Positions 54,901-64,000 of a DNA stretch of 64,000 nt are shown in pieces. Where the stretch lies: assembly GCA_012295275.1 (NCBI GenBank), contig CM022667.1, positions 5,022,001 through 5,086,000 on the forward strand, given 5' to 3'. The notes under the pieces were generated by a model. It saw only the letters and a program-made list of their open reading frames with translations. It was not told the origin of the DNA and did no database searches. The translations under genes were made by a program, and so were the position numbers. The first letter of the stretch is position 1. Every line of letters begins with the position of its first letter. Source of the stretch: Chrysomallon squamiferum (Eukaryota; Animalia; Mollusca).

Positions 54901-56805
54901 GTGAACAAGAGTCCAATGACACTAGTCTTCACTCAGCAGACAACAACAGCTCTGTTCTCATAGAAAATGATGTTGCAGGTGATGTTGCTGACAGTGGTTT
55001 GGAAGCTGATGACCAGATAGAAGCTAATGTTAGTGCTGATGTAAATGTTGCAGATGAAGAAGAGAAAGACGGGGATGAAAAAATGATTAGTGATAAAGAG
55101 ATTCAGGACAGAGAAGCGAAATTAGATTCCAGCATGAAGTGTATATATTTTGCTAAAAACAATAAAAAGTCAGTGAATGATAAATCTTACACATGTGACC
55201 TATGCGTTGCTGACTTCTCCTCTTTGGATTCACTGCGCAACCATGTTGAAAACCAGCATCCAGAAAACCTCTTCATTTGTACTCTTTGCAGAAACATATT
55301 TCTGTCTCGCAAAGCTTTCAGAATTCACTGCTCTGGAAAGATGCACCAGGAGCAGCTGGTTAGACAGGGCACAACTCAGACTCTTTATAAATGTTCTCAG
55401 TGCAGTATGCAGTTTCACTGAAGAAAGGTGGAGAAACTTCCACTTCCAGTATCAGCACAATCATCTGAACAGTGAGGACTCCCTGGCAGAGATTCAGAGA
55501 GGACGAGATCAGGTCTCTCAGAAGTATGGATCATTTCTCAGAGAACTTTACTGCCTGCCTAACAACGCCCAGGTGACTTGTCTCGTCTGTGACAAGGTTT
55601 TGAAAAAGGAGTACCTGAGGGAACATCTTCGTCAGCACACAGGTGAGAAACCATTTGCTTGTAAACTCTGTGACAAAGCATTCGTCGCTCACCTGTCACT
55701 GAGGAGACATCTGATGTGTCACTTTGGTTTGCTGGAGAGGAACTGTGAGATTTGTGGCAAACATTTCAAGAAGACTGACCTGTACAAGACGCACATGCAG
55801 GAGCACGTGAACCGTGACAAGGGTCAGTGTCACATGTGTGACATCTGTGGCCTGGTGTTCCCGCTGGAGAAGCAGGTGGTGCATCACATGAAGAGGCACG
55901 GAGAGAGGAAATTCAGCTGCCCGTACAAAGGATGTGCGTGGAAGTTTGTGCTGAAGAGTGAGCTCAATGTTCACATTTATTCTCACACGGGTGAAAAGAA
56001 GTACCTGTGTGACATCTGTGGAAACGGATACGCAACAAAAACTCGCCTGGTCCGACACAAGCGAACTCACACGCAGGAGAGAAACTACCACTGTGAACAC
56101 TGCAGCTACAAGGCAGGCAGTCGAACCCATCTACTCCGTCACATGCGCATTCATCTCGGCTCCAAACCCTTCAAGTGTCCTTACTGTCCCTACACATGCA
56201 ACACTCATGAAAACGTCCGCAAACACATCACCAAGACGCGAAAACACTCGGGACTTAAGATCTATCCTTGTAAGTTCTGTTCCTATGGATCTAACACTGG
56301 TAAAGATTTTCGGAATCATTTGTTGCTGACTCACCCATCTGAAATCAAAGGTCTCAATCTGGAAACCTTGTCTGTATTCACCGGATTGTACAACAGATCT
56401 GAGGATGTGAAGCACGTAGACAGTAAAAATATAATTCCAATCCCTCACCGAAAACCTAGGGTTGCCAGGAAACAACAAAACAACACAGCAAAAAAAGAAG
56501 AAAACACAGAAGTGATTGTTTCTGGTGTAAATGAAATGGACAGTGACGGACAAACAGTCTGCAACACAGTTTCCTATTTGACAATACAGCAGCAGCAACA
56601 GACCAGTTGGATTTCACAAGACAGACAAGAAAGTGAAAGTGAAGCTGCCAAGTATTTGAGTAATGGTTCTGACTTGATCGCGTTCTCACACTCTGGCAGT
56701 AACAATCTGATAGTGGCAGCTGACTCAGCATCACATCTTGCTGGGTTTGACCATCTTGATGACCAAAACGTGGCCGATGTTGTCATTGTGTCCACTGACT
56801 ACTAG
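51929..56805 (+). CDS. ZNF407: Large multi-zinc-finger protein, ZNF407-like, single coding exon; 1624 aa if two 1-nt frame breaks (~54238, ~55413) are removed
   Basis: Three overlapping ORFs (832, 429, 542 aa) form one C2H2/matrin-type finger series. The C-terminal HENVRKHITKTRKHSGLKIYPCKFCSYGSNTGKDFRNHL resembles, from memory, the vertebrate ZNF407 terminal fingers. The orthology call is from recall, not a search. Confidence 0.75.
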
Positions 56806-58290
56806 CTGACCCGTATTTTTTTTTTTTTTTTTTCTATTATGTACTAGTTTCATGACATTCATAAAAAGGCAAAACAATTCACACACTTACATGCACACAC
56901 AATTTACTGTAAATAAATTACATGTATGCTAAAAAGCAAATGAAAAATGTGTCCATGTTTTAAGAGAGAAGGAACTTAACAATCTAAGATTAAACATGGA
57001 TTCATAACATCCTACTTCCCCCCCATTTGTTTTCCTTTCTTCAGTAAATAAAGAGCATATCAGTGTATTTTAAACACAATTATATATATATTTATACTGT
57101 TATAAATTAAAGAAAAAGTCACATTTTGATGCAGGGTAGTGCCTCCCCCAAATACAACCAAACAGTATTTTTGTTTTGTAAAATAAAGCTTGTTTTAAGT
57201 TACTTCTGTTATGGAGATCTACTAAAAGTATTGATAAATGTAACTTGCAATCTGTTCTTCAAGTGCTATAGCAAATACATGTGATATAATTATTTTTATA
57301 CTGTTCTACCTTACACTGAATTGGTGTATTTGTACATTTTTTAAAAATCAAACTCTGGTGGTTTGGTTAAAAAAAAAGTCATTTTGTAAACAAATGCCAT
57401 TTTTGCAGTATTGTATAAAAAAAATCTTTATTATTATCTTCTTTTTTATAAATTTTGTATTGTTAATATCCTCTCAATCATTTTGTTTATATTGTTACAT
57501 ACTATGATTTAGTTTCATTGTATTAAATTTTGTTTAGAATCATTTTAATAGAAATGCAGTGGTTATTTATTTTGAAGAGATGTATATACAGAAGAAATTA
57601 TATGCTACATTGTTGCTGTGGTTACATTGATATTTAAATAAATGCGGTGATAGTACAACTTTGTTTTTATTTATTTTTTGAAAATGAAAGAAAAAGTGCA
57701 TTTAATTAATATCTTAAAACAATGAGTCTATACAGAACAAAAAACATTTACATCAAATATTTTATTACAAACATTTATACAAATACAACCTTGAAGGTTA
57801 TCAAGTGAAACATACAAATTGTTAAATAAAACACATTTGACATATTTTGATAAACTAGAGACTGGGAACTGAGTATCTTGTAGAAATTATCCTGAAATTG
57901 GTAAACTACATCAGATTTTATTAGAAATTAAATTAAAGCATTCTGGATATAATTATTTTTACATTTTTGTTTAATGCATTCACAAAGAATCTACTGATAA
58001 TTAATAAAGAAAATTATTTTCATTTTCATAAATATAAATATGTAATAATAAAACTAAGCACTATTATTTAGCAAGTTACACAAAAAAAAAAAAAAAAAAA
58101 AAAAAATTGAAAATAGAAGATAAAAAAGATAAGAAAAGCAAACACAAGACATTAATCTTTAACCAGTGATTATACGTTAATATTTTCAACCACTGTGACA
58201 CAAAATTTATTCTGTCCAAATTTGAAATTGTTTTGTTATTCCTGACAAGGAAACAAAACTTGAGACTGTCCATTTTCAGTTGTTTCCTGG

Positions 58291-61200
58291 TCAAGCATCA
58301 ACCTGCATCTGACTTTCAGGAATTGCAATTTTTTCTCCAGGTTTGAATGCTGGCATGCCCAAATAAGGACAGCTTGCACATCGGAAGGCATCTCCGAGAT
58401 AACACTGAAAGATTAAATTCAGAAAAATAACTTTTCATCCTCAAATGAGGTCATAAAATATTAGCATTTTATAAAGATACAACGAAGAGTAAATAAATGT
58501 TTAATATTTTGTACATTTACAGTTATGAGTTGTTAAACATAATTTTTATTTGTACAGTGATGATTGCATGATGGGCTATACTTCAAGAATTTTCAGTATT
58601 AACAATTATTCTGATTATACCTATTACTAGAAAAAATTACAAACAAAAAAATAAAAATAACAATAAAATAGAAGAAAAAACCAGACAATATAACAAAAAC
58701 AAACACTAGACATTAATGTTTAACCAGTGATTATTACTAGATATTACAATATTCATACCAAGTGAGATTTACAGGAATTCTGAACAGTTAAAAAAAAAAT
58801 ATACTAGTTTTTTTACCAATGTTTGACATGTTTATCACAAAATAGGCTGCATGTGATTTATTTATTTGAATAGTAATATATAACATAGCATTATCTGAAG
58901 TTGAGTGTGTAATGTAAAATTAACTCACATTTCCACATGATGATTCAACTGTTTTCTTTTTGTTTTCTGAACCTTCTTCTGCCAAACCACAAGTACAGTT
59001 CTTACAAGCCTTCTTTTTCTTACCACCACATTTTGCTGTTACACAGAGAAAAAAAAAAAATTAAAATAATAATCATTTCTGATAAATTTAGTAAGTCTTT
59101 TATTATAGTAGTTTTGTACAATCTCTCTCTCTCTCTTGACAAACAGATATAAAAAATACAAACAATGCATTAAAGAAAAAAACCATTTTTAAAAAAACAC
59201 AAAAATTAAACCAAAAAAAAAAAAAAAAAAAAAAATAAATAAAAAAATAATAATAATAATAATAATAATAGAATAAAAGAAATAAAATAATAATGGTTCT
59301 TTCAAAATAAAAAATAAATTACGAGTCCCTGATAAAGAAATCAAACTGCTATATGACAGTTACAGATAATATGATGCAATAACTTGGCTGCCATCAATCA
59401 GCAGACTAAATATAAAACATTGTGTTGAAAGTGCAAAAAAGTTTTCATATTTGGAGGCAAAATATATTTCTGATTGAATAGAGTCAAATACACGAAAGAG
59501 GACAATTATTACTTTTTAATTTTGAGAAAAGAAAAAAAGAAAGAGGAACAAAAATGAATGATGAGTCACTGATAAAGAAAGCAAACTGCTATTAACAAAT
59601 GCAGATAATATGATGCAACAATATGGCTGTCGTGATTCAGCAAATGGAAGATAAAAATGTTAAGTAACCTTTCAGACTGCCTGGGTCAGGTCTTTTAAGA
59701 TCATCATCATCAAGGAGATCGTCTGAATTCATAAGTTCAATATCGTCGTCTACCATGTCATTTGCAGACAACTGCCATGCCTCACGCACCTTTTCAGGAT
59801 CTTAAAAATAAAACAGACATACATTTAGAATGTAAAATGTTTTTGTAATTTCTATCTTTATATAATTTTGGTATTTAATTACCTTTTGTGAAAAACAAAT
59901 ACATTTTTGATAATAATTAGTTAAACGAGTTAAATCAACAATATTTTCATTTCATTATTTTAAATTAAATAAAACAATTTTATGTAATGTAATGTAGAAT
60001 CAATTCTTTTTCTTTTAATATAAAAGTCGATGTATAAAAAAGAACAACCAAAATGCAATGACCTATGAAAACAGGTTATTTCTTTCTTTTTATTTTTACC
60101 TTTCACAGATAATGTTAATTTGAGTTGTGCAGTTGATCCAATCTCATAACTAGGTTTTGAAGCTTTAACTTGCACCAACTGATCTTTGTTGTCATTGTTG
60201 CAACTGGCAACCTTAGAAGGCTAAATAAATTTAAAAGAAAATAATAAAATGAAACAATTAATATAAGAAATAAAACAGTGTTTTATTGTATCAAATATAA
60301 TTTGACAAGATAAGAATATGATATTAAACAAAACTGCTAAATATAAATGAATATGAAGATATTGAAAGTCTTTAGAAATTTATATTTGTAAAATTGTTGA
60401 TATCAAACAATAATCTTTCACTCTATTCTTTACTTGTCAAAATAGTTATACATTAACACTGCAGAAGCACATAAATATGATCTATGATTTTACAAAAATC
60501 ATTAAAAAAATTCCTTGTTCTATCCAATACATAAAATATAAGGAAGAAGAAAAATTATTCATCATTTATTGATCAAAGAAAGATTTAACTGATTTTTCTG
60601 TGAATAATGTTTCTTCATAAACATTTCATTATACAACATAAACATAAAAAAACATTGAACATCCATGTCCAGAAGAATATTTGTTCTAGGCATTGTAGAG
60701 GTGAAGTTTTAAAGAAAGGATCAAGACATCTAACAAGAATTTACTATGAGCCTAGAAAGATGAACTGAATATTATTTTATCTGCATAGACATTTACAGAA
60801 ATTGCTTACCTCTGAAACATTTACAAATCCTGAGAGTTTCAGTACGGATACAAGCTGCTCTTTTGTCTTCATGTCTCCTGCAGGTCCTTCTGCGACAACT
60901 TCATGCAGATAAATGGTTCCGCTTGGTCGAAGAACTCGACACATTTCTTCCAGTGTCTCACTGTCATGGATCACTGATTTTGGCTGCAAACCAGACAGCA
61001 CTGCATCAAAACTAGACTCGGGATGTTCCGCTAGAAATATTAAAGTTCATTTTTATATTTTACTTTGAATTTTTTTTATTATGGCTGTCTAATTTAAACA
61101 TATTTTTTAAAATGAAACAAATCTCTTCTGGCCATTAATAGGTTAATCAAGTAGACTGAGATTCTATTATATAATTTCATCACAATTAAAAACAAAAACA

Positions 61201-61836
61201 AAAATAAAATTCATGACACATTTGTTGGAAGAGGACAAAATCATAATAGTGATTAATCCAGTGATATACTTCAGGAAGTAACCATTAATGTTCAAACAAC
61301 TGTTACTTGGTATTCTAAATAATACTTTTGTACAATTGATATATTAAAATACTAGCACAAAATAAACTTCAACAAGTAGTGTCAGTCTATGATGATTGTA
61401 CACAGACATATTAATGACTAAGAATGATATACAACATGTAACTAAAAAAAAAGGTAAAGAGCTGTACAGAAATATTTTAGAAATAAATATTAATTTCTAA
61501 ATACAAGCCAGGACTCAAAATTATTTTAAAATAAGTTAAATAATATACACAAAAATTATGAAATCACACAGAGATATGAACTCTTTTAGTATTAGAGAAG
61601 TTATATCACATATCGTAATAATATATGCTGCCTCTCTCTCTCTCTCTCTCACAGACACGAGTATAACACAGAAACTACTTACATTCTTTGAGTCTTCCCA
61701 TGTGTTCAACTTGTACTTTTCCAGAAGAACCGACTTGCTGGCTGATAGAGTGAACAATCTCCTCTATGTTCTTATTGTCATCTCCACCCCAGACCAGTAA
61801 AACTGTCTCACCACTTTTAACTTCTATGTTGTCCAT
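58291..61836 (-). CDS. CIAPIN1: Anamorsin / CIAPIN1 (Dre2) Fe-S assembly protein; exons 61836-61683, 61030-60810, 60220-60100, 59800-59669, 59035-58929, 58404-58291
   Basis: Methyltransferase-like N-domain (SSFDAVLSG...RVLRPSG...[14 protein letters not shown]), acidic linker ([13 protein letters not shown]), and Fe-S motifs [18 protein letters not shown] and [30 protein letters not shown]. Confidence 0.95.
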
Positions 61837-62117
61837 TCTAGTGAGAATTAAAAAAAAGTAAACAAAATAAAATAAAATAAATAAATAAATAATAATAATA
61901 ACAACAATAAGAAGATAACACACACACACACACACACACACTCACAAATGGAGTAGTTTTTTTGTTTTTTAATTAGTTGCTGCTAACAAAACAGTGATGA
62001 ATAAAAATACATTTTTGATTATTTTGTCTTTTTTTCTGAATGGTAATATTTTTAATTACACTCTGAGACTGATTTTTTTTTTGTTTTTTAATTGTTATCT
62101 TTAGTGTCATGAGCAAT

Positions 62118-62148
<31 letters not shown>

Positions 62149-62977
62149 AAAAATATATATATTGCAGCTATATATAATATAGAAATACCTAATTTATGTG
62201 ACAACACTAAGTTTTAAAATTTAGTCATTGGAAATTACTTGTATTATCTTAAAATATTAATATCTAACAAGTAACAAAATGGTGTGGATGAATATGCCAA
62301 ACCATTTGTTTTTCAAAGATGATGTAATATCAATAATCAAATGCGATTCATTATGAATATGACTTTTCTGTTGTAAATAATTTTATTAATTAAGCGAACC
62401 AAACTTAACATTTCATTGTCATGATTGTGTTGTTATGTTGTTATGTTATGTTACATTTATTATATTAAGTTATTTCGTATTTGTTTTGTTTCTTCCTTCC
62501 TAGCTTTATTTATTTATTTAATCTATGAATGAGTAACTGTTTTACTTTTTGTTTTGAACTGATTATCAATATCATTATGATTACAGAATTTACTTACTTA
62601 TCTGTGGTTTCCTGTATTTCAAAGTATCATCAAATTATCAATCACAAACAAAAATACGTTCATACGTTTGTAGCAACAGCCTGTCTGGCCCTCCTTTGAT
62701 AGCTCTGTCTATATATACACAAAATCCAACACGAACAACAACAGTACGACAAAAACGTCACGTTCCTTCCACTTTCATCAGATTCCTTTTACAGTTTTAG
62801 CGCTGTCAGTATGACGCAGCGATTTAAAACAAAAACAAAAATAAATACTTTTTGATTGAAATAATATAAATGTTTGAATTGTTAATCTTTCTAAGAGGTG
62901 TACATAGTCAATTTTGTGACTTTGACTGATTATTAGTACTTACTTCGAAAATGATGCAAAAGCTAGTTTTAAAATAG

Positions 62978-63393
62978 ATTGGTACTCTGATTTCCTTATT
63001 CAACTTAATACGCTTAAGTCAGGACCTAAAATCATGTACACGATTGGTTACTATATGGTAAGAGCGCTAAATCTGGTTGTTTGTTTCATTTCTTTTACTG
63101 ATTCGCTGTGGTTTTGTTTTTCGGATAATTGTGTACTACTATTAGGTTAGCTTTTATTCTGTTAAGAAGTATTAAATGGAAAATTAGTAACAAATAATAA
63201 TCCGTATTTTAGGGTTTATCTATCATTATTCAAAACTCTATTTATATGGAGGAATATAGAAACAAAAACAATATCTAAAAATATTGACCAATCATATTGT
63301 TAGTCTCTCTTAACATTTTGAAATGAAAGTGCAGTTTGGATTGGTTAAACTTGGGTAATGCGGGAAGATTAGAAACATTGCCGTTTATTCAAA
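62978..63393 (+). promoter_or_regulatory. Divergent CIAPIN1/TPX2 promoter with cell-cycle elements
   Basis: CCAAT/ATTGG at 62978, 63043, 63288, 63340; TTTGAA (CHR) 63317; GCGGGAA (E2F-like) 63360; TTCAAA 63388. Confidence 0.55.
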
Positions 63394-63401
63394 ATCTAGC
63401 A

Positions 63402-63492
63402 ATGGATGAAGTACCTTGGGATTACAATTGTCCGCAGTATGTAGACTTTAGTCAGCCGCAACCCATGGATGATGGGGCTGACAAATGGTTTG
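63402..63492 (+). CDS. TPX2: TPX2 first coding exon (Aurora-A-binding N-terminus), partial
   Basis: MDEVPWDYNCPQYVDFSQPQPMDDGADKWF followed by g|gtgag. Matches the TPX2 aromatic-x-aromatic-x-x-P...F...D-x-W-F pattern. Confidence 0.75.
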
Positions 63493-64000
63493 GTGAGAGT
63501 TATATTAGTGTACAATTGTATAAATATTTAAATAGGTGTGTAAAAGTCTTGTAATACACAAGTTCGTGAATCCATGGCGGACAAAAACTTATTTGAAAAT
63601 GATGATCTTAAACAAATTTATATTGTTTGAAATCGGACCTCATTGAATATCAGATATGCCAGGCGATCTCTTTTTTATGTAAATATAATTTTAAAAAATC
63701 GGCACTATTTAACGTATTCAGGTACTCAGTTTTCTTTAAAATTTAAATAAGAAAGATTTCATAAAGATTCAAATTCAAATATGAATCTTTAAATCTATCA
63801 GAATCAGAATAATCTTTTATAAATATAATGCATTAACTGATTAAGATTAATGTTACATTGATCTTGTGATGAAATTTTAAAATAAAAGTCCTATTAATAT
63901 AGTATTATAATGGAAATATTTCACAAACTGATTAACTCAGATAATTGGGCCGATGATAAGGATATAGATATTAATCAGCAAGCAACGTTCATGAAATCAG

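Noticed and set aside
51887-56805. Three separate zinc-finger genes, or tiny introns at the breaks
   Set aside because: The breaks fall mid-finger and differ by exactly one base, so it is one gene.

Overview
AT-rich, intron-containing animal genomic DNA with many microsatellites, probably lophotrochozoan/mollusc (inferred from gene content). Gene order: GABARAPL2/ATG8 (+, 5' end outside the window); PRP4 kinase (+, 13 coding exons); a possible cryptic spliced unit behind a phased CCAAT array; a vertebrate-type Toll-like receptor (-); two tandem, unrecognised secreted-peptide genes built from symmetric phase-1 micro-exons (+); an Ig-domain gene with a frameshifted second Ig exon (-); a ZNF407-like zinc-finger gene split by two +1 frameshifts (+); anamorsin/CIAPIN1 (-); and the first exon of TPX2 (+). 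Three things stand out. (1) The micro-exon pair at 32.8-43.2 kb encodes signal peptide + pro-region + (K/Q)R site + a modular amphipathic helix, assembled mostly from 7/11/14-residue exon cassettes and ending in a Gly-stop micro-exon. (2) The splicing-kinase gene PRP4 carries three independent tandem amplifications of its own splice junctions. (3) The ZNF407-like gene has two +1 frame breaks. All exon structures were read by eye; no database searches were run.
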